This document shows, in pieces, positions 1 through 9,016 of a stretch of DNA of 64,000 nucleotides. The position numbers and the translations under genes are program-made. Where the stretch lies: IMG/VR virus record IMGVR_UViG_2513237176_000002; one strand, given 5' to 3'. The DNA comes from a virus. Its lineage: Duplodnaviria > Caudoviricetes. Each line of letters starts with the position of its first letter. Within the stretch, counting starts at the first letter, position 1. The notes beneath the pieces are model-generated. The model made no database searches. It saw only the letters and a list, made by a program, of their open reading frames with translations, and had not been told where the DNA came from.

Positions 1-2
1 GC

Positions 3-233
3 ACCATCGAAGACCTCGTCGTCCTGACCGACGGCGCCGCCCGGATCGTCGATCCGTTTGGGCTGATGAACTGGAACGAGTTCGTTGAATCGCTGCGCGA
101 CCAAGGGCCAACGGAACTCCTCCGGAGAGTCCGCGAAGCCGAGGCCAAAGACCCCGACGGGCAGCGTTGGCCGCGCAACAAACGCAGCGACGACGCCACC
201 ATCCTGCACCTCAGCGACATTCCCCGCGGGTAA
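3..233 (+). CDS. PP2C-like phosphatase, C-terminal fragment (5' truncated by window)
   Basis: Frame 3 reads ...VVLTDGAARIVDPFG...WPRNKRSDDATIL, the LTDG and DDAT motifs of PP2C-type domains; TAA at 231-233. Confidence 0.75.
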   Translation, partial: TIEDLVVLTDGAARIVDPFGLMNWNEFVESLRDQGPTELLRRVREAEAKDPDGQRWPRNKRSDDATILHLSDIPRG

Positions 234-338
234 GGGCAGCGTTACCGCCGCTCACAATGCCCTGGTGCGGGATCCCTAGCAATCATGCGATCCTAGACTC
301 CGGGCTTGACACCGGGCCCGATGAGACCAGGGACCCGC

Positions 339-1178
339 ATGAACAACCCCGACCTGCAGCAGTGGCTCCTCGCACCCGACGGCATCGCCACCCGCCTCCG
401 TGCGCTGCGCGGCAACACCAGAGGAACGGTGATCGCCGAAGCGGCCGGCATGCGCACGTCGAAGCTGTCAAAGCTCGAACTCGCCCAGCAGGAACCGACC
501 GCCGACGACATTCGAGCCATCGTCGCGGCCGCCGGACAGCCAAAGCGGGTCGCCGACGAACTCGTGGCGAAGCTGGCCGAGAAGCCGCAGGTTCGCAGTT
601 CGGCGCGGGTGAGCCGGTTCGGGCAGGCCGCCAGCCAGCAACGCCTTAACGCGCTGCTCGCCAAGAGCAGCCACGTCAGGTTGTTCGACGCCACCTACCT
701 GCCCCGGCCGATGCAAATCCCTGAGTACGCGGCTGCCGTTCTTGAGGCTGCAGGCCGGCTACGGGGCATCACCGACAGCCCAACGCAGGCAGCTGCCGCA
801 CTCGCGGCCTCATCGCAGTACCTGTACGAACCCAGCCGCACATTCGAGATCGTCATCGCCGAACCGGCCCTGCAATGGGCGGTCCTTCCGGTGGCTGGCA
901 TGCGCATCCAACTGGAGCGGGTCCTCGACCTGGCGCGGCTGCCGAACGTCGACCTGCGAGTCCTGCCACTCCGCCAGCCCGGCATCGTTCCGCCGCCCTA
1001 CGGGTTCGGTCTCGTAGACGGCGCTGGCTACACCGACGGCCTTGAAGGGCTAGACGACCTCGCCGATGTGCGGCTTGCCGGTCACATCGAGGCGATGGGC
1101 CGCCTCGCAGAGGCATCGGCGGCTGGCAAGGAAGCCAGCAATCTGATCAGGGAAGCGCTCAGGAGGCTCGCGGCATGA
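339..1178 (+). CDS. XRE-family HTH regulator with DUF5753 (Scr1-type antitoxin-like) domain
   Basis: N-terminal HTH (IAEAAGMRTSKLSKLE); C-terminal PRPMQIPEYAAAV, IVIAEPAL, QLERVLDLARLPNVDLRVLP. Confidence 0.85.
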   Translation: MNNPDLQQWLLAPDGIATRLRALRGNTRGTVIAEAAGMRTSKLSKLELAQQEPTADDIRAIVAAAGQPKRVADELVAKLAEKPQVRSSARVSRFGQAASQQRLNALLAKSSHVRLFDATYLPRPMQIPEYAAAVLEAAGRLRGITDSPTQAAAALAASSQYLYEPSRTFEIVIAEPALQWAVLPVAGMRIQLERVLDLARLPNVDLRVLPLRQPGIVPPPYGFGLVDGAGYTDGLEGLDDLADVRLAGHIEAMGRLAEASAAGKEASNLIREALRRLAA

Positions 1179-1915
1179 CCTTCCGCAGAAACGAGGGCAG
1201 TGGACCGCCGATCGTGCTCATCGCGCAGATGGGTTGCGGCGCCGACATCTGGAAACCCCTGCTGCCGCACCTCGCCGGTCTTGAAGTCGTCACCTACGAC
1301 CGGCCCGGCACCGGTGACACACCGCCGCGGCCGGCACCGAACCCGGCACTGCCGCACAGCGTGTTCGCCGCCGAACTCGCCCAGCTCCTCGACGACCAGC
1401 ACGTGGCCGGTGCGGTCGTGCTGGTCGGGCACTCGTTCGGGGCACTCATTGCCCGCGCGTTCGTCGCCGCCCACCCGGACCGGGCGGCAGGGCTGGTCAT
1501 CGTCGACGGCAGCATCCCGCAGTTCCACCTACACCCCAGCGCCGACCCGAAACTCGACGGGGACGGCTCGGACGCCACCGAAATCGACGTGGTCACCGGC
1601 CAGGTTGAAATCCTGTCCGCACCAACCCCCGACGTGCCCGCGCTGGTTCTGACTCGCACCCACGGCCGGTGGGACGGCGAAAACCCGCCACCCCACCCCG
1701 CCGTCGAAGACCTGTGGCAGGTCAGCCAGCGCCTGCTCGCCCGCGACCTACGCTGCCCGCTGCTGGTCGCCGACAACTCCGGACACCAGATGCAACATGA
1801 AGCGCCCGAGCTCGTCGCCTACGCCATCCGGGCCGTCCACACCGCGGTACGGTCCGGAGGACCCGTGCGCGTCGACCCAGCGGCGGTAGCGGACGCCGGA
1901 GGTCAGCTCGACTAG
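1175..1915 (+). CDS. Alpha/beta-fold hydrolase
   Basis: YDRPGTG, GHSFG nucleophile elbow, SGH catalytic His; ATGA overlap with upstream gene. Confidence 0.9.
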   Translation: MTFRRNEGSGPPIVLIAQMGCGADIWKPLLPHLAGLEVVTYDRPGTGDTPPRPAPNPALPHSVFAAELAQLLDDQHVAGAVVLVGHSFGALIARAFVAAHPDRAAGLVIVDGSIPQFHLHPSADPKLDGDGSDATEIDVVTGQVEILSAPTPDVPALVLTRTHGRWDGENPPPHPAVEDLWQVSQRLLARDLRCPLLVADNSGHQMQHEAPELVAYAIRAVHTAVRSGGPVRVDPAAVADAGGQLD

Positions 1916-1957
1916 CGGCGGCCCGCACCCCACGCGGTGCGGCACGATCGGCTCCGG

Positions 1958-2356
1958 TCAGTCCTCGATCAGCAGCGTTTTCTGGCCGTTCTTCACGCTC
2001 GCATACCAATGCGGTTTGGACGTCATCACGTCAACGTCCATGTGCAGCGCCATCAGCGCCGCTGACGCCCGATCATGGGCGCCGGTCATCTGCTGCAACG
2101 CCACCAGCGAATCCCAGTCCTCCCCGTCGTCAACGATCAGGAACGTCGCCGGATGCTTCAGCAGCAGATCCAGGCGCTCCCGGTCGACCATCCCGGTCTG
2201 GTCGCCAGCCTGCACCAGGCACCACAGCGGGATCAGGACCGCGCCGCCCTCGTCGTCGATCTCGGCGAGGGTCTCACCCACCGCGAGGGAACCGCGCACC
2301 CACGACGTGACCGCGGTGGTGTCGAACACCAGGCAGACGTCACGCGGCTGGGTCAT
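1958..2356 (-). CDS. PIN-domain (VapC-like) protein, degenerate active site
   Basis: LVFDTTAV N-terminal motif, IPLWCLVQA, HDRASAALMA...VMT; 132 aa; coupled to small upstream gene. Confidence 0.65.
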   Translation of the reverse strand: MTQPRDVCLVFDTTAVTSWVRGSLAVGETLAEIDDEGGAVLIPLWCLVQAGDQTGMVDRERLDLLLKHPATFLIVDDGEDWDSLVALQQMTGAHDRASAALMALHMDVDVMTSKPHWYASVKNGQKTLLIED

Positions 2357-2532
2357 GCGGTCCGGGTGCGCAGGCTCGCCAGGAACGCGGCATTGCCGTC
2401 AGGGTCGCGATGGGCGGCCGCAGACTCGAGCCGTCGGCGCCGGGCGCGGGCTTTGCCCTCGTCGGTGACGGTCATGCCCATCCGCTCGAAAACCTCGTCC
2501 GAGCTGAGCTTCGAACTGGTGTCCTGTTCCAT
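2353..2532 (-). CDS. Putative antitoxin of the PIN protein (59 aa)
   Basis: Small charged ORF overlapping the PIN start (ATGA). Confidence 0.55.
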   Translation of the reverse strand: MEQDTSSKLSSDEVFERMGMTVTDEGKARARRRRLESAAAHRDPDGNAAFLASLRTRTA

Positions 2533-2580
2533 GGTCCCAGGGTAGACCGCATCCCTTGCCAAGCGGTATCGGCTGCCTGC

Positions 2581-2898
2581 CTACAACACCCCGAAGTGCA
2601 AGAACACGACGCAGTGCTCGTCCTCCCGCACCTCGTAGTAGGCGACGACAGGGCGCCCGTCGACGTGCACAGGCAGCCGATACAGGTCGAAGACCCTGGC
2701 GCGGACCCCGAACCAGTCTTCGAACGGACCCTCCTCGTTGAGGAACGGGTCGGTGTCGGCGTACGGGGCGTCCTGGCGGCTGTAGTGCCAGCGCTCGACT
2801 TCCGCAATTACCTCCGGGGGAGGCAGTGTGCAGTTCCTCCAGTCGCGCACCGCCTCCGGGAAGTTGTCCAGCCGCCATTTGTCGGGCCAGTCGGGCAT
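2581..2898 (-). CDS. Putative RelE/ParE-like toxin (105 aa)
   Basis: GAAGGAG RBS; C-terminal VVAYYEVREDEHCVVFLHFG resembles the RelE beta strands; directly downstream of Panacea gene. Confidence 0.5.
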   Translation of the reverse strand: MPDWPDKWRLDNFPEAVRDWRNCTLPPPEVIAEVERWHYSRQDAPYADTDPFLNEEGPFEDWFGVRARVFDLYRLPVHVDGRPVVAYYEVREDEHCVVFLHFGVL

Positions 2899-2918
2899 GC
2901 GTGCTCCTTCGGGCGGGA

Positions 2919-3365
2919 TCAGCCCCCGGTGTGCGCCTTCCGCCGGGCGGCGAAGTCCTCTGCTTCGCCCGCGGTGGGTGAGCTCTGGCGTTCGGCGGGG
3001 CGCCGGAACCAGTCGGTCAACCACGTCCACTCGATGCGGGGGTCATCGTCGTGGCGGCTAGCCAGCTGCCAGGCGCTGGAGATCTGCACCAGGGACAGCA
3101 GGTCGGCGTCGCTCATGTCGGCGTACCGGTGCAGGGTGTAGCCGATGAACCCGAGTTGCCGGTTATTCAGCGGCGCCTCGTCGGTGTCGACATCGACGTG
3201 CACCCCGGTCGGGGTGGCGAAGATCGGCTCGGCGAACAGTGGGGCGCCTGTGCCGGCAAGGTAGTGGCCTTGGCAGAAGAACAGCAGCAGCTGTTTGCGG
3301 GCTTCGGTCTGGTCAGGGCGTCGTGCGTCTATGGCTTTGATGACGGAGTTGGCGCTCGAAGTCAT
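2919..3365 (-). CDS. Panacea/DUF4065 (SocA/GepA-like) antitoxin
   Basis: KQLLLFFCQGHYLAGTGAPLFAEPIFATPTGV matches the LQKLLY.aqg..la..g.pLf.e.i.Aw..GPV pattern; alternative in-frame start at 3566 with GGAGG. Confidence 0.75.
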   Translation of the reverse strand: MTSSANSVIKAIDARRPDQTEARKQLLLFFCQGHYLAGTGAPLFAEPIFATPTGVHVDVDTDEAPLNNRQLGFIGYTLHRYADMSDADLLSLVQISSAWQLASRHDDDPRIEWTWLTDWFRRPAERQSSPTAGEAEDFAARRKAHTGG

Positions 3366-3607
3366 CGGTGCACGGTACTGCTCACGGTGAGATCGAATCG
3401 TTCCGCTTTGCAGGCCACCCACCCATTGGTCGTCTGGCTGATTGGGGGGTCGGTTGATCGTTGAGGTGGTCATCTGCGTGCCCCCGTTCGCGCCGCCGTC
3501 AACACGAAAGGTATCGATGTGATTACTCAGGGTGTGTCGGATCGAGGACTCGTGAGGGTGGGGCATGTTTCCTCCATCTGCAAATAGCGGGGTTGTGATC
3601 AGACGGT

Positions 3608-3946
3608 CTAATTGGCCTCGGTGCGGGTTCCGGCGCGTTGGGTGTTGAGCCACTTCTGATGTTCGAGTTCGGTTGCCAACTCTTCCGCCGTCGGGTCCGA
3701 CTGCTTGGGGCCAAGAACGCGCCATAGGTTGGTCGACGCGCTGACCTCCTCGACCTCGCCGCCGTAGTCGGCCGGCGTGACGGCCGCAATCACGCGAACG
3801 TTGCCGCGTTCATCGCGCTGGATCAGCCAGCCGGCAACCGGGTTGGCAGTCCAGGCTGGTTCGTTCGTCTGCTGGTCCTCGAAGACGTAGACCGCGCGCC
3901 ATCCGTGGGGTGCGGGCTTGAAGTCGATCGTGGTCCAGTCGGTCAT
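3608..3946 (-). CDS. Hypothetical protein (112 aa)
   Basis: GGAG RBS, GC3-biased codons. Confidence 0.7.
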   Translation of the reverse strand: MTDWTTIDFKPAPHGWRAVYVFEDQQTNEPAWTANPVAGWLIQRDERGNVRVIAAVTPADYGGEVEEVSASTNLWRVLGPKQSDPTAEELATELEHQKWLNTQRAGTRTEAN

Positions 3947-3996
3947 GTCGTACTCCGTTCATCCAAGGTCAAAGGCGCGTCGAGGGGATGCCAGTG

Positions 3997-4167
3997 AGGG
4001 GTCTCGCGTGTGCCCCGCTAAGGGGTCTCAGGGGTCTCGCGTTGAGACCCCTACCGCAACCTGGGGCCCTATACGTAACGATGAATTTGTTGTTTACCTG
4101 GGGAAACGCAAACGCGATCTTGAGGTTTTTTGGCTGAGGGGTCTCAAACCGAGACCCCTAGACCCCT
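3997..4167. repeat. Iteron cluster / putative replication origin
   Basis: AGGGGTCTC at 3997, 4021, 4030, 4137; inverted at 4044, 4151, and an 8-nt copy at 4160; AT-rich spacer ~4070-4130; immediately after helicase stop. Confidence 0.75.
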
Positions 4168-5573
4168 TAACGTGAAAAGTATTTGTGTCCGCTCTGGCCG
4201 CGGTACGCGATGCCTTCGACGCGGATCTCACCGGCGACCTCCAGTACGTCAACCGCCTGATCCATAAGAGAGCCGAGCGCCCCGAGCTTGCCCCGCAGCT
4301 TCGCACCCGAGACACCCTCGTTGCCCGCAACGCGGATGTAGCGCCGCACCCGGTCGACAGCCCGCCTCAGCCGCTCAGCCTCAACCCGCTCTTCGACGAC
4401 CAGCGTGCGTTGCGCTTCGGCTTCACCGGTACGCCGGTTTTGGTCGCGGCCAACCTCCTGCAGCGCCCGTTGACAACGGCCCCGCTGATCATCGGACTCG
4501 GCCATGACCGCGCCCGACAATTCCCAGTCCTCGTCGAGGATGCTGGTTCGCCCGTCGAGGATTGCCAGGGCTGCCGCGACCTTCTCGCGAGTGAGCAACG
4601 CGTGCCCGTCCAAGGCGTCGCCGTCACCGCGTCGGCGGGCCTTGCGGGCGGCGATGATGGTTTCGCGGGCGGCTTCGCAGATCGGCATGACCTTACGCTC
4701 GTTGCGCCCGTGCCCGGTGAACGGCAGCTCGGTCCAGTTCGGCGCCTGCCACACAACTGGGGTGGGCTCCTCCACATCGTCGTCCGGGGCGTCCGGGTCG
4801 TCGCAGGACAGCCACACGAACCGCTGCGGCGTGCCGCCGTCGATCTCGTCGTCGTTGAGTAGCACCCCAGACCGCTTTGGCTGAATGCCCGCCAGCAGGC
4901 ACAGCCGGTACGAATGCTCCGGCACCATGAGCCGTTTCGTCTCGTCCACGTAGAAGAACCCGAGTTGCTCACCCATGGCGGCCTGCCGCAGCTGCGGCAT
5001 GATGGTGGAGGATTGGCGGCCCTTGAGCGAGGCAAGGGTGTCGATCTCCTGAATGGTGACGATGGCGTTGGCGTTCACCATCTCGATCTCGCCTTTGACG
5101 TTGCGCATGAACATGTGGGCAATGCCCTCGCCGGAACCCAGCGGGTACACCGGGGCAACCCGCTGGTCGAGGTCCACGGCTTGCTTGGCGACTTTCTCCG
5201 AGGCGCCCTTGGCTGCTCCTGCCGCGCCGACGAGGCCGATGAACAGGTTCAGCGATGCTTCGGTGCCGACGATTGCTGGGAGTTGGATTCGAGGCGGGGT
5301 CGCAGCGACTACGTGTGCAAGAACGGCGCCCAAGGTGGCCCACGGTGCGACGAGTCGAGCGCGGGCGAACTGCTGGATATGGGTGAGGATCGGCCTGCTC
5401 TTCCAGAAGTGCTCGCGCACGTTGTCGATCCGGTCCGCCTCGGCGGCCGTGAGAACGCCGCGCATCACAGGAGCGGTGCGCTCGGGGGTGACCGGCACCG
5501 GTTCGTCGGCCGGAGGTGCGCTTTCGTTGAGAAGCTCGTTGTCCCAGTGGACTGCGGTGGGGTCGTAGGTCAC
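4167..5573 (-). CDS. DUF3987/YfjI-like P-loop replicative helicase
   Basis: LNLFIGLVGAAGAAKG Walker A, GSGEGI, IQEID Walker B, LAGIQP, GTPQRF; C-terminal wHTH-like end. Confidence 0.75.
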   Translation of the reverse strand: MTYDPTAVHWDNELLNESAPPADEPVPVTPERTAPVMRGVLTAAEADRIDNVREHFWKSRPILTHIQQFARARLVAPWATLGAVLAHVVAATPPRIQLPAIVGTEASLNLFIGLVGAAGAAKGASEKVAKQAVDLDQRVAPVYPLGSGEGIAHMFMRNVKGEIEMVNANAIVTIQEIDTLASLKGRQSSTIMPQLRQAAMGEQLGFFYVDETKRLMVPEHSYRLCLLAGIQPKRSGVLLNDDEIDGGTPQRFVWLSCDDPDAPDDDVEEPTPVVWQAPNWTELPFTGHGRNERKVMPICEAARETIIAARKARRRGDGDALDGHALLTREKVAAALAILDGRTSILDEDWELSGAVMAESDDQRGRCQRALQEVGRDQNRRTGEAEAQRTLVVEERVEAERLRRAVDRVRRYIRVAGNEGVSGAKLRGKLGALGSLMDQAVDVLEVAGEIRVEGIAYRGQSGHKYFSR

Positions 5574-5926
5574 GCGGCCACCTGCGCAGGTGGGGTGTCG
5601 CGACCCCGGAAGTCGCCGGGCCGTGGAAGTCGTGCAGCGGCATCAGCCTCCGCACGCTCGGCGGCTTGGTCGTACCAGCGGCCCAGCGTGAACACCTTCG
5701 GCGGAGGCCAGGTTGCGTTCTCTTCGTCCACGCGCGCCCGATAGCCGGCGTGGAAGCCGCCGGCCTCTGTGATGCCGAGTTCGTACCCCGACTGGAAGGC
5801 GGCGTGGATCAGCCACGCGGCTTGCGCGCGATCGAAGCTGTCCTGGGTCCGAAGCGCCTGGGCGACGCGGTCGGCGTCGGGTTCTGGCGGAGACTCCCGC
5901 TGCGGGGTGCCATCAGTTACCGTCAT
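5570..5926 (-). CDS. Hypothetical protein (118 aa)
   Basis: AGGAG RBS; GTGA overlap with helicase. Confidence 0.7.
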   Translation of the reverse strand: MTVTDGTPQRESPPEPDADRVAQALRTQDSFDRAQAAWLIHAAFQSGYELGITEAGGFHAGYRARVDEENATWPPPKVFTLGRWYDQAAERAEADAAARLPRPGDFRGRDTPPAQVAA

Positions 5927-5990
5927 GGAGACTCCTGCGTACGAGTTAGTGCGCGTCGAGGGCCGTGGTGATTGAGCACCGCGGCCCTTG

Positions 5991-6299
5991 TCATTTCTGG
6001 GGTTCGGCTGGCGCAGGGGCAGGCCAGGTGATCGAAAACCCCATTGCGCGGGCTTCGTCGGCCCACTGCAGAAGCCGGAGCAGGTAGGGCCGCATGTTGC
6101 GGGGGCCGGGCCGATTGTTCTCCCAGTTGCTCATCGAGCCGTCCGTGACGCCGAACTCGGCGGCGGCTTGTTCTTGAGTGAGTCCCTGGCTGCGGCGTAG
6201 CAGCTTGCGGATCGCAGGCGGCGGAAGAAGTTCGGCAGGGTCTTCCGCCGGTGGAGGGCTGATGTTTGCGCTGGTGCGCGTATTGGTGGTGATGGTCAT
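5991..6299 (-). CDS. XRE/Cro-like HTH regulator
   Basis: LRRSQGLTQEQAAAEFGVTDGSMSNWE. Confidence 0.9.
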   Translation of the reverse strand: MTITTNTRTSANISPPPAEDPAELLPPPAIRKLLRRSQGLTQEQAAAEFGVTDGSMSNWENNRPGPRNMRPYLLRLLQWADEARAMGFSITWPAPAPAEPQK

Positions 6300-6494
6300 G
6301 GACACGAGACTACATCCCTGACGCGGGATTCTCTAGGTATCCCTCGCCAGGCGTGTTACTGTTCCACCTATGCCCACGACGGTTGCCGCTCTGCGCCCCG
6401 ACACCCTCCCCACCCCCGCCAGCACCACCACAGCGGAGGCGGAAGGGTGGATGGAGCGCGCCCAGCCGGCGGTTGCCGGGCCGGCGGTGACGGC

Positions 6495-7526
6495 ATGAAC
6501 AGCCGCCAGCACCTCGCCGAAGACCTCGAACGCCTCAAGAAGCGCACCCAGCAAGTCGGCTGGGTCGCCTGGTTCGTCGCGATCTTCGTCATGATCTACG
6601 GGACGCCGATCGTCTACGGGCTCGCCACCGCCCACGGCATCCCCGCCGGGGTCGCCTGGATGCTGTCCCTCGCCGCCGACGGCGCCCTCGTCGTCGGCCT
6701 CATCGCCACACCCGTCCTCGCCCAGCTCGGCGTCAAAGCCGGATGGGTAGGCACCCTGCGCTGGGTGTCCGGCGGCATCACCTGGGCACTGCAAACCGCG
6801 TCCAGCTGGATCGCCGTGAACGGCCCCGACTGGGTTGGTGTCGGCGTTCACACCGCCGGGCCGGCGCTCCTGTTCTTCGTCGTCGAAGCCGCCAGCTACT
6901 TCCAGCGGAAGGTCTCGACGGCGATCGAGACGAAAGCCCGCGCGCTTGCGGCAGCGGAACAGTCCGACGCCGACCGGCGCACTCACCTCGCCGAAACCGA
7001 AGGAGCCCTGCGGGCCCGCACCGCGGAGCTAACCGCCGCACGTGCCGAGATTGAATCGCTTGCTGAACGGCTTACGGCAATCGGCCAGCACGCTGACAGC
7101 ACCAAGACCGAACTGGCCCTCACCGGTCAGCGGTACGAGAACGAGATCGCGTCGCTGCGGCAAGCTCTCACCGACCAGCGGAACACCCTTACCGCCGAGC
7201 ACGACGAGACAGTGCGTCGGCTCCGGGAGAAGCACCGGGAAGCCCTCACCGCCGCCCGCGCGGAAACCAAGACGGTAAGCCTTACCGCCTACCGCAACCG
7301 GGCCGCCGGCGGAACCCGATCCGCAGCCACCGGTAAGGCCGAGCTGAGCGACGAAGACGCAGTTCAGATGATGCTTACCGCCCACGCCGACCCGAACCAT
7401 GAGTGGTCGAAGAACGCGGTCCGCACCCTGACCGGTGTGGGCCTCAACAGGGCGCCGAAGCTCATCGGCCTTTGGCTTACCGCTGCCACCGAGAAGGCGA
7501 CCGGCAGTAAGGCGGTCGGTGAGTGA
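6495..7526 (+). CDS. Spd-like spread protein (4 TM + coiled coil + C-terminal HTH-like), DUF2637-like
   Basis: Four hydrophobic segments ending in VHTAGPALLFFVVEA, long coiled coil, SKNAVRTLTGVGLNRAPKL; first large gene of the operon containing FtsK/TraB. Confidence 0.7.
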   Translation: MNSRQHLAEDLERLKKRTQQVGWVAWFVAIFVMIYGTPIVYGLATAHGIPAGVAWMLSLAADGALVVGLIATPVLAQLGVKAGWVGTLRWVSGGITWALQTASSWIAVNGPDWVGVGVHTAGPALLFFVVEAASYFQRKVSTAIETKARALAAAEQSDADRRTHLAETEGALRARTAELTAARAEIESLAERLTAIGQHADSTKTELALTGQRYENEIASLRQALTDQRNTLTAEHDETVRRLREKHREALTAARAETKTVSLTAYRNRAAGGTRSAATGKAELSDEDAVQMMLTAHADPNHEWSKNAVRTLTGVGLNRAPKLIGLWLTAATEKATGSKAVGE

Positions 7527-7608
7527 GCCGCCGCCAACCGGTACGCCCCTACCGCAGCCACACCGGTGAGCCGAACGGCCGCCGTCCGACTCTCATCGAG
7601 GAGACCTC

Positions 7609-7713
7609 ATGACCTTCGTTCTGGCGTTCGCCGGCACCGTGCTCGCCGCGCTGGCCGTCATCGCCTACGACCTGTACGCCACCCGCAACCCGCTGACTGG
7701 AGACCCGCGATGA
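7609..7713 (+). CDS. Small membrane peptide (34 aa)
   Basis: GAGGAG RBS; MTFVLAFAGTVLAALAVIAYDLY...; ATGA overlap with next gene. Confidence 0.55.
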   Translation: MTFVLAFAGTVLAALAVIAYDLYATRNPLTGDPR

Positions 7714-7904
7714 CGACCATGCCGCGTGAGGTCGCGATGCGCCGGCCCGCGAACGCTCCCGCCCAGCGCAGCAACGTGATCGAGGGCCGGTTCACGGTCC
7801 GCCGTAGCCCTGCCGCGCAGGCCCTGCGGTTCTTGTTTTACCTGGTCACCGCGTTCCTGCTCGCCGGGCTGCTCCTGTCCCTCGGCACCCAAAACCTGCT
7901 CTGA
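7710..7904 (+). CDS. Small membrane protein (64 aa)
   Basis: C-terminal hydrophobic helix; coupled start. Confidence 0.6.
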   Translation: MTTMPREVAMRRPANAPAQRSNVIEGRFTVRRSPAAQALRFLFYLVTAFLLAGLLLSLGTQNLL

Positions 7905-7932
7905 CCAGCCCAAACTATTGAAGGAGACCGCC

Positions 7933-8499
7933 GTGACCGACGCTGCCACCGCCTACGGGCCCGCGCCGCGGGTGCGTCCCACGGGTGCGCCGTCGCGCCC
8001 GGCGGACCCCCGCCCGCACCTGCGGGCTGTGCCGAACCCGGACACTCTGCAACCTGAAACTGCAACGGAGGAGAACACCCCCTCCGGACACGTTTCCGCA
8101 GGCCAGATCGTTTCGGATGACGCGAATCCGGGTGCCGGGCCGTTGCAGATTGCAGGCTGGCGGGCCGCTGTAGCCCGCTCCCGCGACTACTGGACGCCGC
8201 CCGCGATTCACACCGACCAGCCGGCCTCGATGGCGGAACTGGCCGCCTACGCCCGCACCGCGCCGTGGACCGCCCAAACCAGCGGGCCGCTGCGCACCGC
8301 CGGCGTCATCTACGGATACGGCGTCGCCGTGCCGTACACGTACACCACCCGCTACCGCGAATGGGTCGCCCAGCGACCCGGCCGCCTCCTGCTCCACCTC
8401 GGCGGCATCAAACTCGCCGCCATGACCGGCCCCGGCATCTGGCTGGTCGACCACCTCATCTACCCGGCCGCGCACCTCGTCGGCCAGATCCTCCTCTAG
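7933..8499 (+). CDS. Transfer-region membrane-associated hypothetical protein
   Basis: AAGGAG RBS before GTG; GC3 bias. Confidence 0.7.
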   Translation: MTDAATAYGPAPRVRPTGAPSRPADPRPHLRAVPNPDTLQPETATEENTPSGHVSAGQIVSDDANPGAGPLQIAGWRAAVARSRDYWTPPAIHTDQPASMAELAAYARTAPWTAQTSGPLRTAGVIYGYGVAVPYTYTTRYREWVAQRPGRLLLHLGGIKLAAMTGPGIWLVDHLIYPAAHLVGQILL

Positions 8500-8515
8500 A
8501 AAGGACCCCTCGATC

Positions 8516-9016
8516 ATGGCCGGACGTAATCTCGTCGCCGAACGCGAAGGCGTACAGAAAGCCCAGCAGATCTCCATCTACATCCTCGGCTGGGCGGCCC
8601 AGGCCCTCGGCATCGTCGCCGGCGCCTACGCCGCGAACGCGTGGCCGGGCGGCGCCATCCGCTGGGTGTTCAACCTGATGCCCGGTGACTGGCTGATCCC
8701 GCTCACCCTGTTCATCGGGTTCATCGTGTGGGCCATCGACATCATCAACGACCTCACCCCGAACCAGGCAGCCGTGACCTTCGGGTTCATGGCCCCGATC
8801 CTCGCCCAGGGCACCGACAGCACCCTCGCCCTGCGGGTCCGGGACTGGTCGGATGCGCTGCAGGCCGGTGTCGGCGGGCAGATCGCCCCGTGGGTCGGCA
8901 ACGTCGGCGCGGGCTGGCTGTCGGTGGCGCTCATGGCAACCGCCGTCATCATCGGCAAGCGGGTCCTGCAGAAGCAGGCGTCCGCTGCTGGCCGCGGTGG
9001 TGGGGGTGGCCGCTGA
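8516..9016 (+). CDS. Multi-TM membrane protein of the transfer region
   Basis: 3-4 hydrophobic segments; AAGGA RBS. Confidence 0.75.
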   Translation: MAGRNLVAEREGVQKAQQISIYILGWAAQALGIVAGAYAANAWPGGAIRWVFNLMPGDWLIPLTLFIGFIVWAIDIINDLTPNQAAVTFGFMAPILAQGTDSTLALRVRDWSDALQAGVGGQIAPWVGNVGAGWLSVALMATAVIIGKRVLQKQASAAGRGGGGGR

